A stretch of DNA of 64,000 nucleotides from Macrostomum lignano (lineage: Eukaryota): NCBI GenBank assembly GCA_002269645.1, contig NIVC01002776.1, positions 1 through 64,000 on the forward strand. The letters are read 5' to 3'. Positions 21,801-37,859 of this stretch are shown in pieces (within the stretch, counting starts at the first letter, position 1; the number at the start of each line of letters is the position of its first letter). The translations under genes were made by a program, and so were the position numbers. The notes under the pieces were generated by a model. The model searched no databases. It was given only the letters and a program-made list of their open reading frames with translations, and had not been told where the DNA came from.

Positions 21801-23237
21801 AGACTCAGCTTCAGGGCAGTCCGAAGACGCATCGGGGGAGACGAGCGTCGCTCATTGCGCCAATCCCTGAGAGGCCGCATAGGCTAGGGCGAGGGGCCGG
21901 TCAGATAGGAAGGCGGAGACTCGTTCGGTGGCCCGGAGGAACCGGATGTTCTCGGGCCGGCAAGCGTCGTCCAGGGACGGGTTGGGCCCGAGGTAGTGGA
22001 GCCGGTCTCGGTTGAAGGCCGGCTTGCCTCCTGCCAGCTACCTTCCCCGGTAAGGTAGGTAACTTCCTGCAAGTTTTCATCATTTTCTTGCAATCTCCAA
22101 CTGCAGCATTTCGTTTTGCCTGCATCGATAAAAGGGACGTCGCGTGCGGAGCTGCTTATACCGCACTACTGAACTCATCCGGACAAAAGCAGTTGAAGAA
22201 AGTTGCTGCAGCCGGGCGGCAGTGAAAGTCAGCGGCAAGAGAGGAGTAGGGAGAGAAACGAGAGGCATGATAACGCATTGGGAATGGGATATCGCTGCTG
22301 TGGGATAAACAATGAGGATGAGTCGGTTTCCTCCCCTCACCGAGCAGAGCTCTCCTCCTGAGCTCTCACGGGGGGGGGGGGGAGGCGCGGGAAAGACGCC
22401 GGCTCAATGGCTGGGAGCGAAGAGACGGGAGATAGAGACTGGGATAGGCGAAGGAGCAGCAAGGATTTGGCCACCCCCCGCCGAGACGCCACCCCAGCCT
22501 CCGCTCACGGCTATTAAGGAAGGGGATGAAGAGACAGCTCAGCCTCAGCTCTTCCCTCGCTTCTGTGTTCCCCCGCTCTCAACCTCCTTCTGTAGCTGCT
22601 CCGCGTTTCCTTCGGCTTCATCTTGCACCCTCTACCCAGCTGCGGGCGGCTCCGAACACGCGGAGGCTGGGCGGCTGCGCGATTCACCGTTTGACCCGCC
22701 CGGCTGGCTGGGAGGACGCGGCCGCGAGTCGGATTTCGGCTACAAGGATTTGTGAGAGAGGTGGGCGATACCGGCTCGTTAGCAACTGAGGCTGCCTTTC
22801 CCTCTTTCCAAGCCCCGGAAAGCCTCAAAGGGAGCTGCTGGGATTTGGCCTTCCCTTGCCTCATCACCGGCTGCATTCTTCCCTGCTAGATTAGCGGACA
22901 GGCAAGAGGCCAGCTCGATATTCGACTGACGCCAGCTGCACCAAATTAAAGGTGAGTTCTGTGTTTTAGAAGCTTTTTCCAGCATTTTGCCAAGTATGAG
23001 TAGAGCCTCTAGTAGAGCTCTTGATGTGCACGAGTGCTTAGCAGTATTCACAGGAGTGCTAGGAGCGGCTATTCCGTTAGAAGACGTACTAGAAATGCAA
23101 ATAAGCAATACTGGTGACAGAAGACTGGAAGAGCCAGATGCTGGAGTGCTAGAGTGACCGGATAATTCTAAGGACGGCAGTAGCACCGATAATGCCAACA
23201 TGAAGGGGTTTCGCCTTCGCTCTCGCTCAGAAATCAA

Positions 23238-23699
23238 ATGGTGCAGCTTTTCTACTACGAGAACGTCGGCGCCAAGTGCAAGAAGCTGATTGGCTACGAG
23301 GGCGGCGCGCCAATCAGAGTGACGCTGCACCAGGAGGAGGGCCTCGGCTGCCCGGCGCTCAGCTGTCATTGGCTGGTCGAATTCCCCTGCTTCTTCACCG
23401 GCCGCCTGTGCCGCGTCACGGAGTTCAGCGGAGGCAGGCGGCGCCGCCGCGGCTGGGCCACCGTCAGCCACTCCAGCGACGGCTTCATGGCCGTGCTGGG
23501 CCGCTTTCCCAAGCCGAAGGAGCCGCAGCCGCCGGAGCAGAGGAAGCAGCGCGACTTCTTCCTCTGCCTGACAACTCGGGTCACCGACGCGGACTTTCGA
23601 CAGGGCTACAGCATGACGGGCTGGCTGGAGGCCGGCTGCCGCAAGCGGCGCCAGTGGCTCGTGACTCACGCTGCCGTGGTGCGGCGCTTGGGATACTGA
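23238..23699 (+). CDS. Uncharacterised 153-aa protein
   Basis: GC3-rich coding-like ORF MVQLFYYENVG...GYSMTGWLEAG...RRLGY*. Acceptor CTCGCTCAG ends at 23230. Family not recognised. Confidence 0.65.
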   Translation: MVQLFYYENVGAKCKKLIGYEGGAPIRVTLHQEEGLGCPALSCHWLVEFPCFFTGRLCRVTEFSGGRRRRRGWATVSHSSDGFMAVLGRFPKPKEPQPPEQRKQRDFFLCLTTRVTDADFRQGYSMTGWLEAGCRKRRQWLVTHAAVVRRLGY

Positions 23700-23995
23700 A
23701 TATCGGGATGCTGAGCTGTGGGATGCTGAATAGACGGATGCTGAGCTGTGGGATACTGAATAGCGGGATGCTGAATAGCGGGATGCTGAGCTGTGGGATG
23801 CTGAATAGCGGGATGCTGAGCTGTGGGATGCTGAATAGCGGGATGCTGAGCTGTGGGATGCTGAATAGCAGGATGCTGAATAGCGGGATGCTGAGTTGTG
23901 GGATACTAAATAGCAGGATGCTGAGTTGTGGGATGCTGAATAGCGGGATGCTGAGCTGTGGGATACTGAGCCGTAGGATGCTTAGCTGCATCCCA
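23690..23995. repeat. 15-bp minisatellite GGGATGCTGA(GCTGT/ATAGC)
   Basis: Visible tandem units; the first unit overlaps the stop codon of the ORF at 23238-23699. Confidence 0.9.
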
Positions 23996-24779
23996 TGCTG
24001 CACCGTGTTCTCCCTTGAGACCCCCACCGAGTCACTCAAGCGAGGCCTCTACTCACCACAGACACAGCCCCAATCGTGAAAATTACCGATCGCCATGTAC
24101 AGAGCATTCTCCCCAGCCCAGTCACTGCCCCAGCTTGCACCGCAGTTTCGAACATTCGATATTACAGGAAATCAGGCGGCCTACATTTCGCAACTGATCG
24201 CCGAGACTTTCGAATTCTGTAGGCTCGCCTTAACAGGAATTTCCTATTCAAATTTGTTGCCAACACATTTTATAATTGTCACTGATACCCGCACTATACT
24301 ACTTGTGGACCAGCGGTACAGCTGCAAGTAGTATTCTTCGCGCTAATACAATCTTCAATTGTCATTTATATTAGTCATTGTCATTGAGGCACAAGTTCTC
24401 GTACAAATATAAAATAATAAATTGCCGAATATGAATTTCAAATATGTTATCCGATTGGTTCAGAGGGTACTTTTACACATTACTGTACAGACAGGGGCAG
24501 GAAACAGCCCCTGCTTATTAGCAGCAAATGCAGCCAAATTGTATTAAACTCTACATACCAACAACTGGCCAGAGCTATCATAGCATCTCAATACAACAGT
24601 AACAGTATTGCTCACAACTGCAATTGACAAAAACTGAGCATCAAAATGCACTCAAGTAAAAATAGGAGCGGTCAGGCATTGAAAACACGCTAAGGAATTT
24701 TTGTTCAGGGTAAGTAGAAATCTAATTTACAGAGCCAACTGCACTCACTGCCGCTGGTAGTTAATACGGAAAAGGTGCA

Positions 24780-25170
24780 GACACAGACATGGGCAGACAC
24801 GCGGGCGGACAGACAGACACTGGCAGAGAGACAGGCAGACACACTGGCAGACAGACAGAAAAACAGACACTGGCAGACAGACAGGCAGGCAGACGACAGA
24901 CAGACAGACGACAGACAGACACTGGCAGACAGACAGGCAGGCAGGTAGACGACAGACAGACAGACAGACAGACAGACGACAGACAGACAGACAGACAGAC
25001 AGACAGGCAGACACGGGCAGGCAGACACGGGCAGGCAGACATGGGCAGGCAGACACGGGCAGGCAGACACGGGCAGGCAGACATGGGCAGGCAGACACGG
25101 ACAGGCAGACACGGGCAGGCAGACACGGGCAGGCAGACACGGGCAGGCAGACATGGGCAGGCAGACACGG
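24780..25170. repeat. (GACA/GGCA)n-type simple repeat plus 14-bp units
   Basis: Visible low-complexity array. Confidence 0.9.
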
Positions 25171-25181
25171 ACAGGCCAGTC

Positions 25182-28100
25182 CTATCTGTAAGCTGCCAGG
25201 TCCCTCTCCCAAGGCGCCGATCTGCTGGACAGCAGCGGCTTCAGGCACTGCAGGGCGATCCGCCTGGCCTCCTCGGGCGAAGCGTCTCGCGGCAGTCGCT
25301 GCGCCATGTCGGAGGCGGCGTCGACGCAGCGGCGGAAGCTGGTAGCGGCGTGACAGTAGCGGCCGCCAGTGTGGCATTCGCAGACGAAGGGCGCCCCGTC
25401 CATCGTCAAGGTATCGCCAGCGACGGAGCCGGCGGAGGATTCGCCGAGCCGGGTCCAGATGACGCAGTTGTGCACCGGCAGCCGGAGCGGCCCAAGGGTC
25501 GCGTGCTGCGGCATGGCGGCGAAGCGGCAGAGCAGCTGCTGGGAGCTGGACTTGCTGATGCCCTCGGCGGTGACGAGGCCCAGCGACTTGGCGCAGTCCT
25601 CGTGCCGGTCGAACCGGGCGATGGCCAAAACGCTGACCAATTTGCGGCTGGAGAGGAGAGCGGCTTCAATCAGGAATAAAAGCTGCGGATTCTCCATTTC
25701 TAAACTGAATTTTAATACGCAATGGCTTACTGTCCAAGTTTCTCAGTCCTGATTTCCGAGTCAGGAATCTTCCCCATCCCGAGTTCCGAGTCCAGAATCT
25801 TCCTCATCCCGAATTCCAACATCAGATACTTCCCCATCCCGAGTTCCGAGTCCAGAATCTTCCCCATCCCGATCTCCGAGTCCAGAATCTTCCCCACTCA
25901 GAGCCAATGCAAATCCAGATCTCCGAGTCCAGAATCTTCCCCATCCCGATCTCCGAGTCCAGAATCTTCCCCACTCAGAGCCAATGCAAATCCAGATCTC
26001 CGAGTCCAGAATCTTCCCCATCCCGATTTCCAAGTCTAGAGTCTTCCTCATCCCGATTTCCGAGTCAGGAATCTTCCCCATCCCGATTTCCGAGTCCAGA
26101 ATCCTCCCCATCCCGATTTCCGAGTCCAGAATCTTCCCCATCCCGATTTCCGAGTCAGGAATCTTCCCCATCCCGATTTCCGAGTCCAGAATCTTCCCCA
26201 TCCTGATATCCGAGTCCAGAATCTTCCCCATCCCGATCTCCGAGTCCAGAATCTTCCCCACTCAGAACCAATTCAAATCCAGATCTCCGAGTCCAGAATC
26301 TTCCCCATCCCATCTCCGAGTCCAGACTCTTCCCCATCCCGATTTCCGAGTCCAGAATCTTCCCCATCCCGATTTCCAAGTCTAGAGTCTTCCTCATCCC
26401 GATTTCCGAGTCAGGAATCTTCCCCATCCCGATTTCCGAGTCCAGAATCTTCCCCATCCCGATTTCCGAGTCCAGAATCTTCCCCATCCCGATTTCCGAG
26501 TCAGGAATCTTCCCCATCCCGATTTCCGAGTCCAGAATCTTCCCCATCCTGATCTCCGAGTCCAGAATCTTCCCCATCCTGATCTCCGAGTCCAGAATCT
26601 TCCCCATCCCGATCTCCGAGTCCAGAATCTTCCCTACTCAGAGCCAATGCAAATCCAGATCTCCGAGTTCAGAATCTTCCCCATCCCGATCTCCGAGTCC
26701 AGAATCTTCCCCACTCAGAGCAAATGCAAATCCAGATCTCGATTGAGCATGCCAAACTGTAAGTGAAAAGCTATAAAACTGACCCTCAAATGTCATTTCC
26801 TAAAAACTCACCCATTGGACGGATGCCTGCTACTGTGCCCCACAGTTTCACCCGGCAGATGAAAGCTCCGCGCCAGGGGCAGCAGACTCCGCAGTTGCTT
26901 TAAGGCGACTTCCTGTGTGCAGGGCAGTGCCGGGGCAAAGTCGGCCAGCACGAGGAACTGGCTCCTGCTGGACAGGCCGTCGCCGAACCCCAGCGGCAGC
27001 CAGTCCGGCCGGTCGCGGCGGCTGGAAGTTGAAATTTCGAGCTTTCGATCGCACAGCAGCTGAACTTCCGGTTGTTGAGCGGCGCAGAGCAGGGCGGATT
27101 GGGCAGCCTCGGCGGGCAGGCCGGAGCTCTCAGTCAGCAGGGCGGCCCGGCAGTTCGGGTCTTTGGGCAGATTGGACTTCGGCACCCCGGCAAAGCTTCT
27201 GTCCGACATTGAGCAGTCAGAGTAGCTGATCACCTGAAACCGGCGGGTGGCCGTGACTGTGTCAGCTCTCACTGGCTTTGCAATGGCAGGCCTGTGTCAG
27301 CTCTCACTGGCTTTGCAATGGCAGGCCTGTGTCAGCTCTCACTGGCTTTGCAATGGCAGGCCTGTGTCAGCTCTCACTGGCTTTGCAATGGCAGGCCTGT
27401 GTCAGCTCTCACTGGCTTTGCAATGGCAGGCCTGTGTCAGCAGCGAACACACAGTCAGCAGCAGGAAACACACAGTCAGCAGCAGGAAACACACAGTCAG
27501 CAGCAGGGAACACACAGTCAGCAGCAGGGAACACAGTCAGCAGCAGGGAACACACAGTCAGCAGCAGGGAACACACAGTCAGCAGCAGGGAACACAATCA
27601 GCAGCAGGGAACACAGTCAGCAGCAGGGAACACAATCAGCAGCAGGCAACACAATCAGCAGCAGGGAACACAGTCAGCAGCAGGGAACACAATCAGCAGC
27701 AGGCAACACAATCAGCAGCAGGGAACACAGTCAGCAGCAGGGAACACAATCAGCAGCAGGCAACACAATCAGCAGCAGGGAACACAGTCAGCAGCAGGGA
27801 ACACAATCAGCAGCAGGCAACACAATCAGCAGCAGGGAACACAGTCAGCAGCAGGGAATACAGTCAGCAGCAGGGAACACAGCAGCAGGGAACACACAGT
27901 CAGCAGCAGGGAACACAGTCAGCAGCAGGGAACACAGTCAGCAGCAGGGAACACAGTCAGCAGCAGGCAACACAGTCAGCGGCAAAGCCAGACCTGATCA
28001 AACTGGAAAGAAACGCGGCGCCGCAAGGCCAGCTCGATGTCGTCAGCTCTGGCTGTCAGCTTGAAGCCGGTGAGACGCCAGACCTGCGGCAGGCTGTCCG

Positions 28101-29509
28101 ATCCGACCACGCTAAAGCCGCAGGTCACTCGCGAGTCAAGACGGCGCCGCTTCTCGGCTGGGCCACCGCTGCCCGAGGCCCCGTCGGCAGCAGCAGGCGC
28201 CTGGCCGTTCCGGATCTCTGGGTCGTCTGCCGCATCGTCTGCGTCGTTGTAGAAGCTGTCGGTGCTGTTGATGGCGGCCTCGCTGGACTCGTCTGTCAGT
28301 GCGAAGGGACAGCAGTGTGAGCTGAGTGACAGCAGTGTGAGCTGAGTGACAGCAGTGTGAGCTGAGTGACAGCAGTGTGAGCTGAGTGACAGCAGTGTGA
28401 GCTGAGTGACAGCAGTGTGAGCGGAGTGACAGCAGTGTGAGCGGAGTGACAGCAGTGTGAGCTGAGTGACAGCAGTGTGAGCTGAGTGACAGCAGTGTGA
28501 GCTGAGTGACAGCAGTTTGAGCGGAGTGACAGCAGTGTGAGCTGAGTGACAGTAGTGTGAGCTGAGTGACAGCAGTTTGAGCTGAGTGACAGCAGTGTGA
28601 GCTGAGTGACAGCAGTGTAAGCTGAGTGGCGGAGGGGCAGTGTAATGAAGAAGGCAGCCGCTCACCAAACTCGATCTCCTCTGGCACAGTCATGTCGCAG
28701 AGGACGCCAAGGCTGAGGCCTGCGGGCCCGGCAGCGGCGGAGGCGGCCGCAGCGGCCAAGCTGGGCGGGTCCAGGTCCAGGCGCTGGCCGGGGTTGCGGC
28801 CGAGCCGGACGGGAGGGCCGGCCTCCAGCCAGAGGAAGTTGAGCAGCGGTTCGGCTGAGCCGCTAAAGCCGTTGCTGACTTTGATGGCGCCGACTGCGGC
28901 GTCAAACGCCAGGCGCGTGGCGGCGCGCGGCGGCTGGCGCTCGAGCGGCACGAGAGCGCAGCAGCTCGCCGTGCTGCCGAGGAAGACGGGCTTCTTGGCC
29001 TCGGGGCCCAGGTCGGACACCAGCCTGGTAAGATCCTTAACGGAGCAGTGCAGGCTGTGCACAAGCAGGAATGGCGCCGGCTCAAGAGAGGCGGCAGCCG
29101 CCGCGGAGGCTGCGAAGACGTCATCGTTAGACAACTGAATGTAGAGCGGCTTCATCCAGCCGCCAGACTGCTCAACCGCATTGTTAACAGAGTTGAGCAT
29201 GCTCATCCACTGCTGCTCAGACAGGAGGCCGGCCTGCAGGCACCAGGCGCCAGCAGCCTTGTCCAGCAGGGTCCGGCCAATGATGCTCCTGTTCCACCTG
29301 CGCAGCGAATCCCCAGACTGGACGCCGCAAGTCAGCAGCAGGTCGGAGCGGGCGAAGCCGACACCAGCTGTGAGCAGCTGCAAGGTGTGCTCCTGGTCGG
29401 TGAGGTGGGTGGCCAATTTGGAGCCTTTGCTGGTGCCGCAGTTGCACAGGCTGCACCACCAGCGCTGCCGATTGGGCGGCGGCTGCTCGCTGCTGGAGCC
29501 AGCAAATGC
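25182..29509 (-). CDS. Matrin/U1-type C2H2 zinc-finger protein (possibly TUT1-like); exons 29509-28666, 28292-27994, 27233-26812, 25647-25182
   Basis: All four exons join in frame at GT/AG sites. N-terminal CSLC-x12-H-x5-H. No ATG in the first visible exon. Confidence 0.7.
25745..26740. repeat. 30-bp intronic minisatellite (GAGTCCAGAATCTTCCCCATCCCGATTTCC), ~30 copies
   Basis: Visible tandem units. Confidence 0.95.
27260..27980. repeat. Compound intronic array: 35-bp unit x5 followed by CAGCAG-rich 19-21-bp units
   Basis: Visible tandem units. Confidence 0.9.
28312..28628. repeat. 20-bp intronic minisatellite (GAGCTGAGTGACAGCAGTGT), ~15 copies
   Basis: Visible tandem units. Confidence 0.95.
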
Positions 29510-30089
29510 CTGAGATATTTGGGTTGACTCAATTGAGCAGAAGTTCTACAGTAGAATACTCAATAGTCTTTAAATCTTTTGGCTATAATAAGACTTCCTT
29601 TTATCTATATGAAATAGGCCTTATTTTAAAATGCTTTCTTAGAAAGTATTGTATTAAAAATATGCCAATTCGTTTAAACATTTTAATATTAGAAATATTA
29701 TAAATATTGTAAAATTTTCTTTGTTTAAATCACAGCGAGGAAAGCCTATCAAAACATGAGTAGCCAGTAGAAGAGGAGTCAACCTGTTCTTTTATTTGCT
29801 TCTACATTAAAAAGCTGAAGCAATACTTCTGTCTTGGTTATTCAGGAGCATTGAAAGCCCCAAGATTGGGAGAATTCACTCTATTCTCAGAGAATGAGAC
29901 CTCCAGATTTAGAATCTGAGAGAAATTGCCTTAGAAGGCAGAATTCCTATCAAAGGGTAAGGACATCCAGACATAGGATCTGAGAAATTTACCTAATTCG
30001 CCATTGTAACGGCTTGGTGCCAGCAATAAGAGTAAACTATAGTAAAGGAAATAGCCTTAGCATAACTTTAGTGACAGTCTTCAGGATTA

Positions 30090-30890
30090 TTATGGACACC
30101 ATTATAAATTTTGGTAGCTATTCGTTCTGGTGCTTGACTGGGTGCTGTGGACTGCTCTTCCAACCAATGATGATGGCTTTCTATTGCAGCAACACATGGT
30201 TCGACGTCAACCAGAGAGGCAGCTCAGCATGCTTGGCTACACTGACGATCACACCCTACTGTCCTCAACTGTCGAGGGCACCCAGCAACAACTGGACAAG
30301 CTAGTTGCTATTGCAGCAGGTGTCAACCTGGTGGTCAACATGCAAAAGACCTTCGTGCTCTGCATGCCAGACGACATTGAGGCAGCAATTTAGTGCCAAG
30401 GCGCTGATCAACAGGCGACCGCATTATCAGCAGTTTGTCTATCTTGGCAGTCTGGTTCCCAGTGTCTGCGAGGATTTGCAGCATTGCCACGGGCTTGTCT
30501 AGGCTGCCTTTTGGTCTGTGAGGGCAGTCCTACAGTCCAAGGCCTTACTTGACCACCAGAGGGTGGCATTGTTCTAGGCAATGTGAGACCATCCTGCTAT
30601 ACAATGCTGAGACCAGGACACTGACGGAGTTGCTCAAACATCAAGTTGATACGGTGCACACTGGCCTACTGTGCGCCACCTTCAAGATTAGCTACAAGCA
30701 AGTGACCAATGTGGCTTTGTATTGCCACACTAGCCTAGTCAATCCAAGCAAACTGCTGCACTATCAGCAACTTCAGCTGGTAGGCCACATCATCTGCACC
30801 AAGTTGTACTACCCAGAGCCAGTACAGAAGATGCTATTGCTAATGCTGCAGGCACCCTACCGGCAGGGGCAGGCACACACTAAACTATTT
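30090..30890 (+). pseudogene. Decayed RTE-like non-LTR retrotransposon RT/C-terminal relic
   Basis: YTDD (from YADD), GVNLVVNMQKT, FVYLGS and LLYNAETRTLT follow the RTE-clade layout. Broken by stops and frameshifts. Confidence 0.75.
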
Positions 30891-32146
30891 ATTTAAAATA
30901 GATAATATTTTATATAGTAATTAGTAGTAATTATAGTAATTATATAGTAATTATGGTATAATAGTAAATCTCTTTATAAAGATGTATAATTATAATAATT
31001 TGGCCTAACTATTAATTATTATAAATAAATATTGAAATATAAATATATAAATAGGGGCCTATATTTCATTTTTAAGCTTATGTATGGAAATACCAAAAAT
31101 GCTTAGCAACTAAAGTGAAATAGTTGTAAATAAATAAAGGCAACTTAGCATTTAGGTTAAAGCCTATTTTTAATAGTCTCTATAAGCTATTATCAAGGCA
31201 CTTATATTCTTATTATCATATGCTTTTATAATTTATGGCAATTGTATTAATGAAGGTAATGAATAGGTCTAACCTATATTATTATTATACTAAACCTTCT
31301 ATTAGGCCTATTTTATAACATAATAATAATCTAGATTATCTAATAAATAATAATGTACTAGGAAAGATAAGCACTAGGCCTATCTTGGTGCTTGCTTTAT
31401 TAATTATTAGCTGCCTGCTAGCTGATACTAGCACCCTAGACATTGCTAGCAGTGTAGTCTAATATAGACTATTTATATATTGATTCTAGGCCTTGAAATA
31501 TATCTTATAATGATTTATTTGACTTTAACTTGTTTGACTAGCTAATAAATATATATTGTTGTTGTCATTGTATTAATCTATAATCTATATAATAGAGTAG
31601 AGGGTTCCTTTTTATTAAACTTTTTAGGCTTAGCATTAATATTTGACTGTAGACCAATATTCTAAAAGTAAAATGATTTGGTACATTGTCTAGACCTACA
31701 TTTTTATATTATATTTTTAGACTTTTAATTGGCCTAATACCTAGATTGAACTAAAAATGATAATTAATCTAGGCATACTTAGGCCATTTATAAAGGACTT
31801 ATTAGGAACAAGGTGCCCACGCAGTTTAAAAAAGTAAAGTAAAGTAAGACTGTTTGACTGATATATAACAACAATATGGACCTAAATATATATCACTCAT
31901 TTGTTACATTTATACTTCAACAAACTGTTATAACCCACAGATTTTAAACCGAGTTCAATCCCTGGAACAATATTTTTAAATCTGAAGTCATACTCCAACA
32001 AAAACCTGTTAATAGTTAGAAGAAAGATATTGGAGTAAATTTTGTGGTTAATTAAGATTTGAGGGTATATTGATCTTCTTAGTTGGTGTTGCCATGGAAT
32101 GACAGGCAATGTCTGTCTAAGGCCTATATAAACAAACTCTAGCCTC

Positions 32147-32870
32147 TTGCCAGATGCATCTCTCATTCTCTCTATATCCCTTGGGTGCTTTGAAACTTCC
32201 ATCTCTTCTGTATCTCCTTTTGTCTCTTCTCTCTGCTTCCCTTTCTCTTGTTCTCTCTACTCTTCTTTCTTATCTTGCTTATCTCTACTCTTTTTCCACT
32301 CTTTCTTCTTTTCTCTCTGCTCTCTTATCTTTTCCTCTTTTCTTGCAGCTCTTTCATCTTTCTTCTCTTTTCTTGGCTCTCTCATCTTTCCTCTCTTCTC
32401 TCTGCTCTCTCATCTTTTCTCTCTTCTCTCAGCTTTCCTATCTTTCCTCTCTTCACTCAGCTCTTTCATATTTCTCTCATCTCTCCCCTTATCTTTTCTC
32501 TTTCCTGTCCTTTCTATCTCCTCTCTTTTTTTCTTTCCTCTCTATTCTCTTAACTCTCTCCCCTATTATATTTTCTTTTTAATCTCTCCTCTCTTATTTG
32601 TTCTTTTATTTACTTGCTTTGTTCTGTCTACTCTTTTCTCTCTTTTATCTTTCTCTTATCTTATCTCTCTCATCTCTTTTTTCATCTTTTTATCTCACTT
32701 CTTTTCTCCTTTACTGTATTTTTACTTCTCTTTATTTCCTCCTTTTTCTCTTCTCTGCCCTCTCTCCTTACCCTCTTGTATCCTCTTGACCTCTTATATT
32801 ATTTCTTTTTTCTTATCCCCTCACTTCTTATTGTCCATTCATTCTTCTTTCTACTCTCATCTGCCCCTGC
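32147..32870. repeat. CT-rich low-complexity tract
   Basis: Almost purely pyrimidine on the + strand. Confidence 0.85.
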
Positions 32871-34834
32871 AGCCATTAGCTAGATTCTTTATCTGGCCTT
32901 TGAGGTAAAAGTCTGCCAATCCCTATTTCAAAAGCCAGTTTGTAGGACATAGGCCTAGTACTCTCATGGTTGTTTCATTCTGTGGCCCATTTGTTGATTG
33001 CTTTGATCAGGTCATCTTTCTGGCCAATTTGCAGCCCTGAAAGAAACTTATATAGGCCTATCTCTAACTCCATAGTTCCACATAGGGCCTATTATTGTGG
33101 CTAACCTAGGATTCATGCTTTAAAGTATGTTCAATTAGTAACTAATCATATATACAAACCATTTTATTGAGACTTACAAAAGATTCTTCTACATAACTTT
33201 GTCTAGGAAAATAATACAAGTCAATGGAATAGTCTTCTTATAAATTATTATTTAAAAGGACCCTAAACTTTAGTATCCTTTTACTAAAGTTAAAGGCTAA
33301 AGGCTAAACTAATATATGTATTGTGTGCTAAAAATCTTAGGAGCTAAAGTGGCTAAAATAAAGGAGAAAGTCCCAAAAATCTTCCAAATAAAGGAGATAA
33401 AGAAGGGTTTGCCAAATAAAGGAGAATAAAGGAGATAAAGGAGGGCGCAGGCACTCTGTATTAGTCTATAAGAAAATATAATATGCTAGGCCTATTAATC
33501 TAGACTTCACCAATGGCATTGGACCAAGATTTAAGATTTATATCTAGGACTAGGCCTATTGCAACAGCATCTCAAATGGAGTGGACCATCTCATTGCTTG
33601 TCAGTAAGTCAAGATCAGTTGGTTCATTTTTGATAAATTCCAAAATGAGAATCCCTGCTTGCTGTAGCAGCAGTCAGCAGCCACTGCCATAAAAGTAGAC
33701 TCGATTTTATAAAAAATCTAACCATTCGCTGCATTCGCAGCCACTGTCATACGACTGAACTCAAGTTTATATAAAGTTATTCTGAAATAAATTATTGATA
33801 AGGACTCTACGGACAGTACAGGGACAGGACTACTACTAGTAAGTTGTATACTCATTACAAGATCGTTTGAAAGTTCCAATTTCACAAGCTAAAAACTATC
33901 TTAAATCTAAGATTTACGTTACGTATAGTGAATATAAATTAAATTATGATCAAAATAGCAAAGAATAACTTTTTGTTTTTACGCTTAACTTTGAGACACC
34001 GCTGAATTTTGAATGGAAAAAATGAACACATTTTTCAGTATTGAAAGTCGCGGCTTGCAGCCCATGGCATCCGCCTAAGAAATTTCCCAACTGATTAGGC
34101 ATTTTCAATATTTATTAATAAGTAAATTTCATTATAAATATAAATTTATAAAATATAAATATAAATTTAATTATAAATTTCATATACATATGCTTATATT
34201 GTGATCAATTAAAACGTTTTCATAATCTAGTGAAACAAATAACAATGTAATTGATTTTATTTTTAAGTACATTTGTATGTAGAAATATTTTTTTAAATAT
34301 GAATCACAAGTGTACTTTTTATTCAATATATATTTTTACTTCAATTCAAATATTAATACCTTGATCTATGTGTGCTTATATGTTTTCACAGTAAAAAATC
34401 AAATGTAAATGGTTGATGACTATTTTTGTGCCCTAAATTTACAAGTTATATGAAAAAAGAAAAAGGATTTAGATTTTTTATAAAAGCCAATACATTAGAT
34501 ATAGATATGGCTTTAATCCTATTTATCCATTAGATATACTGACCGTTTTTATATTGTTGGTAAAATTCTTTTTAAAAACAATTATATTAAAGAAACCATT
34601 AGTGCCTAGTGAAGACCAAAAAGTGTTTTGAATTATGTCACGAATTGTTCATCTTTGCAGTTTTCAAGACTTATTTAGTAAGTGAATTTTCGCTAGTGAC
34701 TGACAACACAAGAGAAGCATTTTATAAGTAGGTCATGACAAAAATTGTCATCATTTAGTCATTTTTATTCTTTTACACAGGCTTTAAATTTCATGCTTCA
34801 AAAAGTCAGCAAGTAAACTCAAGCAAAGATAGAA

Positions 34835-37859
<3,025 letters not shown>

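Noticed and set aside
22779-23669. 296-aa minus-strand ORF
   Set aside because: Mostly the antisense shadow of the GC-rich plus-strand CDS at 23238-23699; no recognisable motif.
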